64,000 bases of DNA from an uncultured Helicobacter sp. (lineage in GTDB: Bacteria > Campylobacterota > Campylobacteria > Campylobacterales > UBA6016), in NCBI GenBank assembly GCA_964630205.1, contig CAZVTM010000006.1, positions 8,022-72,021 of the forward strand, written 5' to 3'. Position numbers and translations under genes: made by a program. Under the pieces are notes generated by a model. It was not told where the DNA came from. It was given only the letters and a program-made list of their open reading frames with translations, and searched no databases. How positions within the stretch are numbered: position 1 is the stretch's first letter; each line of letters opens with the position of its first letter. Below, piece after piece: positions 9,598 to 20,223 of the stretch.

Positions 9598-10494
9598 TTA
9601 TTTATAAATCTCTTCATATCTATTTTTCCACCGCTTATGAAACCAAAACCAGACATTTGGATTTTTGCGGATTTGCTTCTCTATCGCATCCGACTGCGCC
9701 TGTGTGCAGGAGAGTATGTCGCTGTTCACATCATCACTGACGGGACAATAAATCGGCTCGTAAAATGTGAGTTTGTACTTGTCAAAGCCGTTGTACTCGC
9801 AAAATATCGGGACGATAGCAGCGTCAAATCTACGGGCAAGTACCGAAAGTACAGGGGTTTGACGAGCCTCTTTGCCAAAGAAGTTTATAAGCAGCCCCTC
9901 ATCGTCGGCGGTGTTTTGGTCTACAAGTATCCCGACCGTTTTGTCCTCTCTCAGTGCTTTTACAAGTTTTCTCATCGCTCCGTGTTTACTGATGACCTCG
10001 GTACCAAATCGCTCCCTTGAGTTCGTGATGATTTTGTTCATCGCTTTTGAGTCCAGCTCTCTACCCACGACCACCATCTTGACCCCTGTGCGCACCGTCA
10101 CCGCCTTGCCCAGAACCTCCCAGTTGCCGTAGTGCGCCGTAGCAAAGAGGATTTTTTTGCCCTCCGCCTTTAGTCGCTCCACTATCTCCACACCCTCATA
10201 TTCGCACTTGCCTAGTATCTCATCCGCCGAGGCTTCGAGGTTTGTGACCACCCCGACTATGTTTTTGAGTAGATTTTCGTAAGAGGAGAGGATTATCTCT
10301 TTTTTTTGCGCTTCGTCCATACCGCCCTCAAATGCAAAATCCAGGTTGACCTCGGCTATCCGCCTATGTTTTGCGTCCACGGCGTAGGCTATATGGGATA
10401 GTATACGGACTACTTTTTTTAGCATAAACACGGGCGTGATTTTGGTCAAAAATGCAAAACTCTTAAAAAGGGCAATATAAAAAAGCTCTAGCAC
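9598..10494 (-). CDS. lipid A biosynthesis lauroyl/late acyltransferase (LpxL/HtrB/WaaM family)
   Basis: Contains the 'FATAHYGNWEV' Hx4E acyltransferase motif. It is about 298 aa and lies adjacent to waaC, as in Campylobacter LOS loci. Confidence 0.85.
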   Translation of the reverse strand: MLELFYIALFKSFAFLTKITPVFMLKKVVRILSHIAYAVDAKHRRIAEVNLDFAFEGGMDEAQKKEIILSSYENLLKNIVGVVTNLEASADEILGKCEYEGVEIVERLKAEGKKILFATAHYGNWEVLGKAVTVRTGVKMVVVGRELDSKAMNKIITNSRERFGTEVISKHGAMRKLVKALREDKTVGILVDQNTADDEGLLINFFGKEARQTPVLSVLARRFDAAIVPIFCEYNGFDKYKLTFYEPIYCPVSDDVNSDILSCTQAQSDAIEKQIRKNPNVWFWFHKRWKNRYEEIYK

Positions 10495-11408
10495 AAAAGC
10501 CCCCTCGCCGCCTCTATAATGCGCACAGGCTCAATGGTCGCTATCGAAAAATCGTCATAATCAAGCTTTGACGCATCCACTCCGTCCTTTGCCCCTATCA
10601 TCACATTTTTATCCGTTGCAAAGGCGTTTCTCTCATACGGTGTCGCCCCAAATATAGTGACGCTCGGCACATTCATAGCCCACGCCATGTGCGTGATGCC
10701 CGTGTCGCCGCCTATCACGAGGTCACACGAATCTACAACCGCCTTTATCTCATCAAGCCCCATCTGCCCTGCGCCGTCCAGCATGATTATATTTTCATCT
10801 TCAAACGCTGCGATGACCTCTTGCATCTTTTCCGAAGGATATATCTTGTTTGGTTTTGAGGCGGACATATTGATGAGGATATTTTTTTTGTTTTGCGCGG
10901 TTTTTTGGTTTTGCGTTTTGTAGCCCAGAAGTTTTGGCTTTTTGTATACATCATCAAGTGAGAAGCCGCCGCCAAAAGCGGAGTTTAGCAGGTCAATATA
11001 GCGTTCCACGATATTTTTTTGATACGGGCTGACGCATTTGTGGGTATAAAAAAAACTTGCAACACCCTCTCTGGCGCTCTTGTATGAATACCCTACTTTT
11101 TTTTGTGAGCGTAAAAAGCTTGTCACGACGGCGGATTTGAATAACCCTTGCAAGTCCAGCACCATGTCAAATTCGCCAAGATTTTTAAGTTTGTTTGCCG
11201 CCTCTATCAAGCCGCTAACCCCAAACGGCTTTAGCTTTAGAGCTACGATATCATCTACAAAAGGGGTGTCTTCGACCACCTCTACAAACCTCTCATCAAC
11301 AATCCAAGTGATATCGACATCCGCAAATTTTTGCTTGATTAGCGCCGCCGCTACAAGACTAAACACTATGTCGCCGATTGCCGAGAGTCTAACTATTGCT
11401 ATTTTCAA
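10488..11408 (-). CDS. waaC: lipopolysaccharide heptosyltransferase I
   Basis: Contains 'MKIAIVRLSAIGDIV' and 'LVIGGDTGITHMAWAMNVPSVTIFGATP' (GT9). It sits at the edge of the LOS locus next to the htrB-like gene. Confidence 0.8.
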   Translation of the reverse strand: MKIAIVRLSAIGDIVFSLVAAALIKQKFADVDITWIVDERFVEVVEDTPFVDDIVALKLKPFGVSGLIEAANKLKNLGEFDMVLDLQGLFKSAVVTSFLRSQKKVGYSYKSAREGVASFFYTHKCVSPYQKNIVERYIDLLNSAFGGGFSLDDVYKKPKLLGYKTQNQKTAQNKKNILINMSASKPNKIYPSEKMQEVIAAFEDENIIMLDGAGQMGLDEIKAVVDSCDLVIGGDTGITHMAWAMNVPSVTIFGATPYERNAFATDKNVMIGAKDGVDASKLDYDDFSIATIEPVRIIEAARGLLC

Positions 11409-11455
11409 CCGTTTTCCGATATTTTTTCGTAAATTTTACTGGGTGGCGGCTAAAA

Positions 11456-12169
11456 ATGAAAATATTCGAACGCTTTGACGAAGTAAACGCCTTTTGCACG
11501 GACAAGAGACACGGGAATTTTGCGGATTATGTCGGCGATGATGCGGCTAGCCTAGAAGAGCGGAGAAATAACTTTACCAAAAAGCAAAAGATAGTACTGC
11601 TAAAACAGGTTCATGGCGATGAAATATTGGAGATAAAAAGCGACAAGATAGAGCCAAACGGCACATTTTGGTTTGGCGGCGAGGCTGATGGGATGATGAC
11701 AAATGAAGCAGGACTAACGCTAGCCATTCAGACCGCCGACTGCGCAGGAGTGCTCCTCTATGACCCGGGTAGCAACGCTGTAGCTGCCTTGCATGCCGGA
11801 CGCAAAGGGGCGCAGCTAAATATCCTAGGCGGATGTGTAGCAAAAATGGCAGATAGATACGGTACAAAACCGCAAATTTTGACAATGTATGTCGGAGCGC
11901 ATATCAGAGGGTGTTGCTATGAGCTGCCTATAGAGATGGCAAAAGAGTTTGAAAAGTACGAAAACGCAGTAGAGCAAAAAGGGGGCAGATACTATCTCGA
12001 CATCGCCAAAGTCCTTATCTTGCAAGCCAGAGCTCTTGGAATAAAAGATGAAAATATAGAGATAAACGCATCTTGCACATCATGCGAGAGCCAAAAATAC
12101 TTTTCGTATAGGGCAGAAGAGGGCAAATGCGGCAGGATGCTTACGGCAATAGGCTTAAAAGCAATTTAG
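11456..12169 (+). CDS. pgeF: YfiH/PgeF family (laccase-domain, peptidoglycan editing factor) protein
   Basis: Contains 'LKQVHGDEI', 'ADGMMTN', 'TADCAGVLLYD', 'AALHAGRKG' and 'CTSC...YFSYR'. The start is set at the ATG at 11456 rather than the longer ORF-track start. Confidence 0.8.
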   Translation: MKIFERFDEVNAFCTDKRHGNFADYVGDDAASLEERRNNFTKKQKIVLLKQVHGDEILEIKSDKIEPNGTFWFGGEADGMMTNEAGLTLAIQTADCAGVLLYDPGSNAVAALHAGRKGAQLNILGGCVAKMADRYGTKPQILTMYVGAHIRGCCYELPIEMAKEFEKYENAVEQKGGRYYLDIAKVLILQARALGIKDENIEINASCTSCESQKYFSYRAEEGKCGRMLTAIGLKAI

Positions 12170-12202
12170 ATAAAATTTGTCCTAAAAAAGGAGAGCAATA
12201 AA

Positions 12203-13114
12203 ATGATAAACGAACTAAAACAATTTGCCTCTCTACGGGTGGAAGCAAGGGCATATCTGACCTATCTTCTAACCAGAAACATACCAAACCATGTACCAGA
12301 TATCACTCTGGATACCATACTTGCGGCATTTAAAAAGATAAAAAAAGAGAACGAAAATATATCGATACTTTACGTTCTAGACGCAAAAGGCGTACAACTA
12401 ATCGACAATATCTCAAACAAGCCGGAATTTCGCAAAGGTGCGGGTGTCAATAGAGCCAACAGAGCATACTACTATAGGGCGGCTAGAGAGAAAAAGCCGA
12501 TACTTACCGACCCTTATCCTAGCGTAACTACAGGGGAGCTTTGCGTTAGCGCCTCAATGCCTATATATGATGACAAAAACCATCTCAAATTCGTAGCCGT
12601 AATAGACATACCGCTAAAAGACATAGTCAGGATACTTCATCCGACGGTATGGAGTACAATTTTTACCAATACTAGCAAAATTACATACGGCGTATTTAGC
12701 GTTGCGCTGTTTTTGATTGCGGTACTGCTATTTGCCAAAGGGGTACTAGGTCTATTTTCGGAAGGAGCACATCCTAGCGACGTTCAAATACAGGGTATTT
12801 TTGAGACGACCATCTTGTTTACCCTGTCTCTCGCCATCTTCGACCTCGTAAAAGCGATATTTGAAGAGGAAGTGCTAGGGCGCAACAGGCGTGATAATGC
12901 CGAAGGGACACATCAGACTATGACAAAGTTTATCGGTTCAATCATTATAGCGGTAGCGATAGAGGCATTAATGCTCGTATTTAAATTTGCGCTCACCGAC
13001 CCTAGTAAAATGACATATGCACTGATACTTTTGGGCGGCGTCGCCGGACTCCTTGTATCGCTAGCGTATTACATCAAATCAACAAGAAAGCCAAAAAGAG
13101 AATCTCGTGACTAA
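12203..13114 (+). CDS. Cache/PDC-like sensor domain fused to a four-helix membrane domain; function unknown
   Basis: The N-terminus 'ILYVLDAKGVQLIDNIS...RANRAYYYRA...PYPSVTTGELCVSASMPIYD' looks PDC/Cache-like. The C-terminal half has about 4 hydrophobic helices. It overlaps the hisH start by 8 nt. Confidence 0.5.
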   Translation: MINELKQFASLRVEARAYLTYLLTRNIPNHVPDITLDTILAAFKKIKKENENISILYVLDAKGVQLIDNISNKPEFRKGAGVNRANRAYYYRAAREKKPILTDPYPSVTTGELCVSASMPIYDDKNHLKFVAVIDIPLKDIVRILHPTVWSTIFTNTSKITYGVFSVALFLIAVLLFAKGVLGLFSEGAHPSDVQIQGIFETTILFTLSLAIFDLVKAIFEEEVLGRNRRDNAEGTHQTMTKFIGSIIIAVAIEALMLVFKFALTDPSKMTYALILLGGVAGLLVSLAYYIKSTRKPKRESRD

Positions 13115-13724
13115 AATCGCAATAGTCAACTACCAAATGGGCAATCTCGCAAGCGTAAAAAACTCATGCGCGAAAGTCGGCTTTGAGGCGGACATAGTCT
13201 GTGAGTATGAAAAACTAAAAGAATACGACAAAATCATCCTCCCCGGCGTAGGCGCATTCCCGGATGCCATGAAACACCTAAAAGAGACAGGAATGGAAGA
13301 AGCCGTGAAGGAAGCGGCAAAGACAAAGCAGATTTTTGGGGTATGTCTCGGTATGCAACTCCTTTTTGACAGAGGTTTTGAGCACGAAGAGACGGCGGGA
13401 CTTGGGCTGCTAAAAGGCGATATAGTCCGCTTTGACCCCGAAATACTTGGAAATGAACGCAAGATACCGCACATGGGGTGGAACAAGCTATTCAAGCAAA
13501 AAGAGTCTCCCCTACTTGAGGGCATCGAAGACGAGTTTTACCTCTACTTCGTCCACTCATACCACGCAAAAGCTACGGACGATGAGATACTCTGTGTCTC
13601 GCACTACGGCGAGCGATTTGTAAGCATGGTGGAGAGAGATAACATCTGCGGGATACAGCCGCACCCCGAAAAATCAGGCGATACCGGACTAAAAATACTT
13701 AAAAACTTTTTGGAGAAAAAATGA
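13107..13724 (+). CDS. hisH: imidazole glycerol phosphate synthase, glutamine amidotransferase subunit
   Basis: Contains '[14 protein letters not shown]', 'LPGVGAF', 'GVCLGMQLL' (catalytic Cys) and '[10 protein letters not shown]'. It uses a GTG start. Confidence 0.9.
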   Translation: MTKIAIVNYQMGNLASVKNSCAKVGFEADIVCEYEKLKEYDKIILPGVGAFPDAMKHLKETGMEEAVKEAAKTKQIFGVCLGMQLLFDRGFEHEETAGLGLLKGDIVRFDPEILGNERKIPHMGWNKLFKQKESPLLEGIEDEFYLYFVHSYHAKATDDEILCVSHYGERFVSMVERDNICGIQPHPEKSGDTGLKILKNFLEKK

Positions 13725-14428
13725 CGATTTATCCTGCGATAGACCTAAAAGACGGCAAGGCGGTACGCCTAACCAAAGGGATTATGGAGAGCGCAAAGGT
13801 CTACTCCGACGAGCCTTATCACCTAGCAAGAGCGTTTGAAGAGATGGGTAGTGACTGGGTACACATCGTAGACCTCAACGGAGCGTTTGCGGGAAATCCG
13901 ATGAATCTTGAGGCTATCCAAAAAATCAGAGAGGCGACAAGCCTAAAGCTCCAACTGGGCGGGGGCATCAGGGATGAGGATACGATAAAAAGATATATCG
14001 ACCTAGGTATCGAGAGGGTAATTCTCGGCACGATAGCAACGCAAAATCCAGAATTTGTCAAAACCGTAGCCGCAAAATACAATGTCGTCGTAGGCATCGA
14101 CGCACACGACGGTTTTGTAGCGGTGGACGGCTGGGCGAAGACAAGTGAGCTCAGAGCCACGGAACTTGCTAGGATGTTCGCCGATAGCGGCGTAAAAGCA
14201 GTCATCACAACAGATATATCAAGAGACGGAACGCTAGGCGGAGTCAACATAGGCTTTACCGAAGAGGTAGCAAAGGCCGGCGGTATAGAGACGATAGCGA
14301 GCGGGGGCGTCAAAGACATAGAGGATATCAAAGCCGTCAAAAACAGCCCCTACATTGGCGGTGTTATCGTCGGCAAGGCGTATTATGAAGGTAAACTTGA
14401 TTTGAGAGAGGCGCTAGGCTTGCAATGA
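13721..14428 (+). CDS. hisA: ProFAR isomerase
   Basis: Contains '[15 protein letters not shown]', 'VHIVDLNGA', 'LQLGGGIR' and 'ASGGV' HisA motifs. Confidence 0.9.
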   Translation: MTIYPAIDLKDGKAVRLTKGIMESAKVYSDEPYHLARAFEEMGSDWVHIVDLNGAFAGNPMNLEAIQKIREATSLKLQLGGGIRDEDTIKRYIDLGIERVILGTIATQNPEFVKTVAAKYNVVVGIDAHDGFVAVDGWAKTSELRATELARMFADSGVKAVITTDISRDGTLGGVNIGFTEEVAKAGGIETIASGGVKDIEDIKAVKNSPYIGGVIVGKAYYEGKLDLREALGLQ

Positions 14429-15249
14429 AAGAATTTTACTATGAACTGATTGTAGAAACCGGGGATTTCGCAGAGCTTATCGAAAACTTCCTAGGAGACT
14501 GGTGTGACGCAGTCATCGAGGATAACGGCAAGTTTATTACGACTTACGAATACGAACCTGTAAACGTAAGAGACGCTCTGCTTATTTACAAAAAAGAGCT
14601 TGAAGAGATGTTTGGGGCAAAATTTGTCCTGACTGCCGAAATCGTGCAGAAGAAAAATGAAGATTGGATAGAGTCTTACAAGAAAAGCGTGGAGCCAATC
14701 CTTATAGGCGATTACTACATTTATGCGCCGTGGCACGAGCCAAAATCAGGAGTAAAAAACTTCTGCATAGAGCCGTCGCTCGCATTTGGAACCGGACATC
14801 ATCCGACAACCAAAAATGCGATGCTTTTTGTGCAAAAATATGTCAAAAAAGGCGACAGCCTCCTAGATGTCGGATGCGGCAGCGGGATACTTGCGCTAAC
14901 GGCCGCCGATATGGGGGCAAATGTCGATTTGTGCGATACTGACGCCGAGGCCGTAGAGGTTGCAAAAAAAGTATTTGAAAGCAATAACTTGACATACAAA
15001 AATATATGGGCAGGCAGTGCCGATGAAGCAAAAATTGAGTATGATATAACGGTCGCCAACATCATAACCGACGTGCTTGTAATGATAAGCAAAGACCTTA
15101 AAAATAGGATGAAAAAGGGCTCAAAACTCATTTTGTCCGGCATACTGGAAGAGAATGAGGAAAAGCTAAAACCGTTCTACAAAGATTTAACCCCTATAGA
15201 TAGAGTTTGCGAATCTGAGTGGGTAACACTTGTTTACGAAAAACAATAA
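14425..15249 (+). CDS. prmA: ribosomal protein L11 methyltransferase
   Basis: Contains '[15 protein letters not shown]' and the SAM motif '[13 protein letters not shown]'. It lies upstream of ftsH, as in Campylobacter. Confidence 0.9.
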   Translation: MKEFYYELIVETGDFAELIENFLGDWCDAVIEDNGKFITTYEYEPVNVRDALLIYKKELEEMFGAKFVLTAEIVQKKNEDWIESYKKSVEPILIGDYYIYAPWHEPKSGVKNFCIEPSLAFGTGHHPTTKNAMLFVQKYVKKGDSLLDVGCGSGILALTAADMGANVDLCDTDAEAVEVAKKVFESNNLTYKNIWAGSADEAKIEYDITVANIITDVLVMISKDLKNRMKKGSKLILSGILEENEEKLKPFYKDLTPIDRVCESEWVTLVYEKQ

Positions 15250-15264
15250 GGAACCGATACATAT

Positions 15265-17211
15265 ATGGAAAACAATCAACAAAAAGATCCTAAAAAAAAC
15301 GATAATTTTTTTAATAAAAACCCGCTTTTAGTATTTGCGATATTCTCAATACTTACGGTACTTATATTTAGAAGCCTATTTGAAGACGGCTCTTTTGACG
15401 GTAGCGGCTCGGGCGGGGCTTCTCAAACCCAAAACATAAGCTACTATGAACTTAAAAAACTAGTAGAAGCCGGACAAGTATCTTTTGTTTCTATCGGCGA
15501 AAGTAGCATCAAAGCAACAAGCAAGGGCGAAGCAAAAACCGTATATGTCGCAAAAAGGGTAATTCCGGACGACACACTCATCCCTATGCTTGAAAAACAA
15601 AACGTAAAATACGGCGCATACACCGAGAAAAACTGGCTTACAGACTTGGTATTCGGCTGGGTGCTTCCGGTGTTTATATTTTTTGCGATTTGGATGTTCC
15701 TGACTAGCCGTATGCAAAAAAATATTGGCGGCGGAATCCTCGGTATAGGCAGCATGAAAAAACTGATGAACTCCGAAAAACCAAAGGTCAAGTTTGCCGA
15801 TGTGGCAGGCAATGACGAGGCAAAAGAGGAAGTACAAGAGCTAATAGAATTTCTAAGAAGCCCTGATAGATACATCAAGCTAGGGGCCAAAATCCCAAAA
15901 GGCGTCCTACTCGTAGGACCTCCGGGGACAGGTAAAACTCTACTTGCAAAAGCGGTTGCGGGAGAGGCGGAAGTGCCTTTCTTCTCGGTATCAGGCTCTA
16001 GCTTTATCGAGATGTTTGTGGGCGTGGGCGCTAGCCGTGTGCGTGACCTGTTTGACCAAGCAAAAAAAGAGGCCCCATCCATCATATTCATAGACGAACT
16101 TGACGCAATAGGCAAGAGTAGAGCGATGGGACACATCGGCGGAAATGACGAGAGAGAGCAGACGCTCAACCAAATGCTTGCCGAAATGGACGGCTTTGGG
16201 GCGGAGTCTCCGGTAATAGTCCTTGCTGCGACCAATAGACCCGAAATCCTAGACCCAGCTCTTCTAAGACCGGGGAGATTTGACAGACAGGTGCTTGTCG
16301 ATAAGCCTGACTTCAAAGGAAGGGTGGAGATACTCAAAGTTCACGCCAAAAATGTGAAACTTTCCGATGATACCGACCTTGAAGAGCTAGCCAAGTTAAC
16401 GGCGGGACTTGCAGGTGCAGACCTTGCCAATATCATCAACGAAGCGGCTTTGCTTGCCGGACGAGAGAGCCAAGAATCCGTCAGCCAACAAAACCTCAAA
16501 GAGGCAGTTGAGAGAGCGATAGCAGGACTAGAGAAAAAATCAAGACGGATAAGCCCGAAAGAGAAAAAAATAGTTGCATACCACGAGAGCGGTCACGCCG
16601 TCATCAGCCAAATTACAAAAGACTCCAAAAAAGTAAACAAAGTATCCATCATCCCGAGGGGTCTGGCGGCTCTTGGATATACGCTCAACACGCCTGAAGA
16701 GAACAAATACCTAGTCCAAAAACATGAGCTAATTGCAGAGGTGGATGTGCTTTTGGGCGGTCGTGCGGCTGAAGAGCTATTCATCGGGGAGATTTCTACC
16801 GGTGCAGCAAACGACCTGGAGAGAGCTACGGATATCATCAAATCAATGATAATGTACTACGGAATGAGCGAAGTTGCGGGGCTAATGGTGCTTGAAAAAC
16901 AGCGAAATACATTCCTCGGCGGAGGCATGGGTCAGACAAAAGAGTACAGCGAAAAAATGAGCGAAGAGCTTGATAGCTACATAAAAGCCAAGCTTACAGA
17001 GAGATACGCCGCAGTCAAAGAAAAACTAGAGACATACAGAGAGGCTATGGAGTCTATGACTGCCGAGCTTCTAGAGATAGAGGTACTAGAAAAAGACAGA
17101 GTCGAAGAGATAATCAGTAGTTTCGAAAAAGAGAAGGGTATCGTAAGGGAGTCCGATGAGGACGAACTTCATGCGCCTCAGCAAGAACAAGCAAAAAGCT
17201 CTAAGGAGTAA
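15265..17211 (+). CDS. ftsH: ATP-dependent zinc metalloprotease FtsH
   Basis: Contains Walker A 'GPPGTGKT', SRH '[19 protein letters not shown]' and the zinc site 'HESGHA'. Confidence 0.97.
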   Translation: MENNQQKDPKKNDNFFNKNPLLVFAIFSILTVLIFRSLFEDGSFDGSGSGGASQTQNISYYELKKLVEAGQVSFVSIGESSIKATSKGEAKTVYVAKRVIPDDTLIPMLEKQNVKYGAYTEKNWLTDLVFGWVLPVFIFFAIWMFLTSRMQKNIGGGILGIGSMKKLMNSEKPKVKFADVAGNDEAKEEVQELIEFLRSPDRYIKLGAKIPKGVLLVGPPGTGKTLLAKAVAGEAEVPFFSVSGSSFIEMFVGVGASRVRDLFDQAKKEAPSIIFIDELDAIGKSRAMGHIGGNDEREQTLNQMLAEMDGFGAESPVIVLAATNRPEILDPALLRPGRFDRQVLVDKPDFKGRVEILKVHAKNVKLSDDTDLEELAKLTAGLAGADLANIINEAALLAGRESQESVSQQNLKEAVERAIAGLEKKSRRISPKEKKIVAYHESGHAVISQITKDSKKVNKVSIIPRGLAALGYTLNTPEENKYLVQKHELIAEVDVLLGGRAAEELFIGEISTGAANDLERATDIIKSMIMYYGMSEVAGLMVLEKQRNTFLGGGMGQTKEYSEKMSEELDSYIKAKLTERYAAVKEKLETYREAMESMTAELLEIEVLEKDRVEEIISSFEKEKGIVRESDEDELHAPQQEQAKSSKE

Positions 17212-17214
17212 AAC

Positions 17215-17877
17215 ATGAACAAGGTCGTTACCACAACCGAGATAGTCGCCAAAGAAGGTTATAAATACTTAATAGGGGCGGCGGCGGTACTCGCTCTCGC
17301 TTTTTATTGGAACTTTAGCGGCCTTAGCCTATTGGTACTCGGGGCAATGGCGGCTGCAATAGTGTATTTCTTTAGAAACCCGGAAAGAATCAGCGAAGAC
17401 GACACAAAATATGCGATTATCTCCCCGTCCGACGGCATCATCACCTCAATAGACAGGGAATACGAGGAGACTTTCCTAAAAGACGAGTGCGTTAGCGTCA
17501 CAATATCTACATCGCTAAAAGACGCCCACTTTATAAGGGCCCCCTTTGCATCCTCTTTTAAGCAAAAAAGTCTTCTCCACGGTCTATTTCTCCCGATAGA
17601 AAATGAAAAAGCAAGAACGCTAAACGAGAGATTTGCAGCATATTTTGAAGGTCAAAACGGAAAAAGCTACGTTTTATCTGTTATAGCCGGCAGTTTGGCG
17701 ACAAAGATAGCCCTATATAAAAACGAGGACTCCGCCATAAGGATGGGCGAAAGGATAGCGTTTTTGAAATCAGAATTTCAAACCGTTATCTGCCTCCCAA
17801 AAGACACGCTAATCAAAAAAGCGGTAGGCGATAGAGTCAAAGCCGGTGAAACCTTGCTCGGAAGTTTTGCGAGTTAG
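17215..17877 (+). CDS. phosphatidylserine decarboxylase-related membrane protein (short form)
   Basis: It has N-terminal TM helices and the size and position (ftsH-X-pssA) match the psd-related gene of Campylobacter. No clear LGST cleavage motif was seen, so the assignment is tentative. Confidence 0.55.
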   Translation: MNKVVTTTEIVAKEGYKYLIGAAAVLALAFYWNFSGLSLLVLGAMAAAIVYFFRNPERISEDDTKYAIISPSDGIITSIDREYEETFLKDECVSVTISTSLKDAHFIRAPFASSFKQKSLLHGLFLPIENEKARTLNERFAAYFEGQNGKSYVLSVIAGSLATKIALYKNEDSAIRMGERIAFLKSEFQTVICLPKDTLIKKAVGDRVKAGETLLGSFAS

Positions 17878-17880
17878 CCT

Positions 17881-18621
17881 ATGATAATAAAAAACGATGA
17901 AGAAAAAAACAAATTAGTATTTTTACTACCCAATCTAATGACTGCGGTATCGCTATTTCTAGGGATACTAAGCGTGCTAGCCTCCGTAAAAGGTGAGTTT
18001 GACAAAGCGGCGATTTATATATTTTTGTCACTCATATTTGACGGCCTTGACGGCAGAATAGCAAGAATGACCGGTACTTGTTCAAAATTCGGCGTAGAGT
18101 TTGACTCTCTTGCCGATTTAGTAGCATTCGGCGTAGCTCCTGCAATGCTTGTATATTTTGCACTGGGACATGAATTTGGGAAGATAGGGGTACTTGCGGC
18201 CGGATTTTTTGTGGTTTTCGGAGCCGTACGTCTAGCTAGATTTAACGTACAGTCTGAGTGTATCGAGCCAAATGTGTTTATAGGGTTGCCGATACCTTCC
18301 GCCGCAGTGTTTATCACTTGTTGGACGGTTGTGCTAGCACAATACGGTGTGCTAGTAGAGTACAAAGGAGTTGTTTTGGCCATCTCTTTTGCTGCGGCTC
18401 TTTTGATGGTCAGCAATATCAGATATGCGAGTTTTAAAAAAATGAAGCTTTCAAAACAAGCGCTTATGAAAATGTTTGTTTTTGTACTCGTACTACTCGC
18501 CGTAATGTTTTTGTATTTTCTTGAAACGTTGACAGCCCTTATAACACTTTTTGTCCTTAGCGGGATACTCAGGGCGGTGTATAATTTGACAATTTATAAA
18601 CTAAAAAATAGACATTCTTAG
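17881..18621 (+). CDS. pssA: CDP-diacylglycerol--serine O-phosphatidyltransferase
   Basis: Contains the CDP-alcohol phosphatidyltransferase motif 'DGLDGRIARMTGTCSKFGVEFDSLADLV' and is multi-TM. Confidence 0.9.
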   Translation: MIIKNDEEKNKLVFLLPNLMTAVSLFLGILSVLASVKGEFDKAAIYIFLSLIFDGLDGRIARMTGTCSKFGVEFDSLADLVAFGVAPAMLVYFALGHEFGKIGVLAAGFFVVFGAVRLARFNVQSECIEPNVFIGLPIPSAAVFITCWTVVLAQYGVLVEYKGVVLAISFAAALLMVSNIRYASFKKMKLSKQALMKMFVFVLVLLAVMFLYFLETLTALITLFVLSGILRAVYNLTIYKLKNRHS

Positions 18622-18630
18622 GACAAAGCA

Positions 18631-20184
18631 ATGCAAAGAATAAAAATATTTGACACGACCTTAAGAGACGGTGAACAAAGCCCTGGTGCATCAATGAACA
18701 CCGATGAAAAAATTAAAATAGCGACACAACTTCAAAAGCTTGGGGTAGATGTCATAGAAGCCGGTTTCGCAAAGGCAAGTCCCGGTGACTTTGAGGCTAT
18801 AGAGCGAATAGCGTCGGTAATAGATAAAAGTACAGTATGTTCTTTGGCGCGTGCCGTTGATGCCGATATCAAAGACGCAGGCGAAGCTATCAAGGCGGCA
18901 AAAAACAGAAGAATACATACGTTTATCGCCACAAGTCCGATACACATGGAATACAAGCTTAAAATGGCGCCGGACGAGGTAGTCAAAAGAGCCGTTCATG
19001 CCGTGCAGTACGCAAAGACTTTCGTAGACGATGTTGAGTTTAGCTGCGAAGATGCTACCAGAAGCGAAATAGCTTTTCTAAAAGAGATAGTAGCCGCGGT
19101 CGTAGAGGCTGGAGCAAAGACTATCAATTTGCCGGACACGGTCGGCTATACAACGCCAAACGAATACTTCAATCTAGTAAGCGAAATCAAGAAAATAACG
19201 GACGGCAAAGCGATAATCTCCGTACACTGCCACAACGATCTAGGCCTTGCCGTAGCCAACTCTCTAGCAGCGATACAAGCCGGAGCCGGACAAGTGGAGT
19301 GCACTATAAACGGTCTTGGTGAGAGGGCAGGAAATGCCGCTCTTGAAGAGATAGTCATGGCGCTCAAAACTAGAGGCGATATATTCGGCGGGTTTGACAC
19401 AGGCATCAACACAAAAGAGATATATCCCGCAAGCCGCATGGTAGCGACCATCACCGGCATTTCACCGCAACCAAACAAAGCAATAGTAGGCAAAAACGCA
19501 TTTGCTCACGAGAGCGGCATACACCAAGACGGTGTACTAAAACACAAATCTACATACGAGATCATAAGTGCGGCCGATATAGGCGTAGAGACAAATGCGA
19601 TAGTGCTAGGCAAACACTCTGGACGTGCGGCGTTCAAAGACAAAGCAAAAGAGCTTGGATTTGACCTTAGTGCGGAAGAACTCGACAAAGCGATTGAGCT
19701 CTTCAAAATCATCTCGGACAAGAAAAAAGAGATGTTTGATGACGACATCAGGATGATAATAGCCGATGTAACAAGCCATATTCCAAAGGTTTTTGAGTTA
19801 CTTCACCTTCAAATAGCCGACTCACAAGGCGGTCTGGCTACTGCAGCGGCGACACTTAAAACAGCTGAAGGCGAAAAGACCGATGCAGCGGTCGGCGACG
19901 GCACGATAGACGCCGTATTCAAGGTAATCGATAGACTAACAAGTGTATCCGGACAGCTAATGGACTATAAAGTAGAAGCGGTAAGCAAAGGCAAAGATGC
20001 TCTCGCAAGCGTAGTCGTAAAAGTCTCTTTCCAAAACGATACACCTGCGGTACTAGGACATGGTCTCGACATAGATACTATGACGGCTAGCGCAAAAGCC
20101 TACATAAGCGCGCTAAATTCATATCTGTCGATGAAAAATAGCCTCAAAAAAATAGATTGCAAAGACGATATCTGTAAGATTTAA
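18631..20184 (+). CDS. leuA: 2-isopropylmalate synthase
   Basis: Contains '[14 protein letters not shown]', '[16 protein letters not shown]' and a C-terminal LeuA dimerisation/regulatory domain. Confidence 0.95.
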   Translation: MQRIKIFDTTLRDGEQSPGASMNTDEKIKIATQLQKLGVDVIEAGFAKASPGDFEAIERIASVIDKSTVCSLARAVDADIKDAGEAIKAAKNRRIHTFIATSPIHMEYKLKMAPDEVVKRAVHAVQYAKTFVDDVEFSCEDATRSEIAFLKEIVAAVVEAGAKTINLPDTVGYTTPNEYFNLVSEIKKITDGKAIISVHCHNDLGLAVANSLAAIQAGAGQVECTINGLGERAGNAALEEIVMALKTRGDIFGGFDTGINTKEIYPASRMVATITGISPQPNKAIVGKNAFAHESGIHQDGVLKHKSTYEIISAADIGVETNAIVLGKHSGRAAFKDKAKELGFDLSAEELDKAIELFKIISDKKKEMFDDDIRMIIADVTSHIPKVFELLHLQIADSQGGLATAAATLKTAEGEKTDAAVGDGTIDAVFKVIDRLTSVSGQLMDYKVEAVSKGKDALASVVVKVSFQNDTPAVLGHGLDIDTMTASAKAYISALNSYLSMKNSLKKIDCKDDICKI

Positions 20185-20187
20185 TCT

Positions 20188-20214
20188 CAATCTCGGAGCA
20201 AAACTCCCAGATTG
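20188..20214. terminator. imperfect hairpin between convergent leuA and the TPR gene
   Basis: caatctcggag-N5-ctcccagattg forms an 11-bp stem with one mismatch. It lies between convergent stops. Confidence 0.5.
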
Positions 20215-20223
20215 GGCCCCTCA

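Noticed and set aside
1-11408. I looked for phase-variable homopolymeric tracts in the LOS genes.
   Set aside because: There are no G or C runs of 8 or more anywhere in the window. Only A/T runs of up to 8-9 were seen (for example about 10881, about 11097, about 36805), which are common in AT-rich coding sequence and lie in frame in intact genes.
15444-16337. Long antisense or alternate-frame ORFs inside well-supported genes. Examples are 15444..16337(-) in ftsH, 59425..60372(-) opposite fabF, 42801..43487(-) opposite flgR/asd, 13819..14340(-) in hisA, 3854..4351(+) in the GT4 gene and 41982..42506(-) in flgR.
   Set aside because: They have low-complexity, Ser/Pro/Ala-rich translations typical of shadow ORFs opposite highly expressed genes. 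They have no SD or start context, and the sense-strand genes carry unmistakable family motifs.
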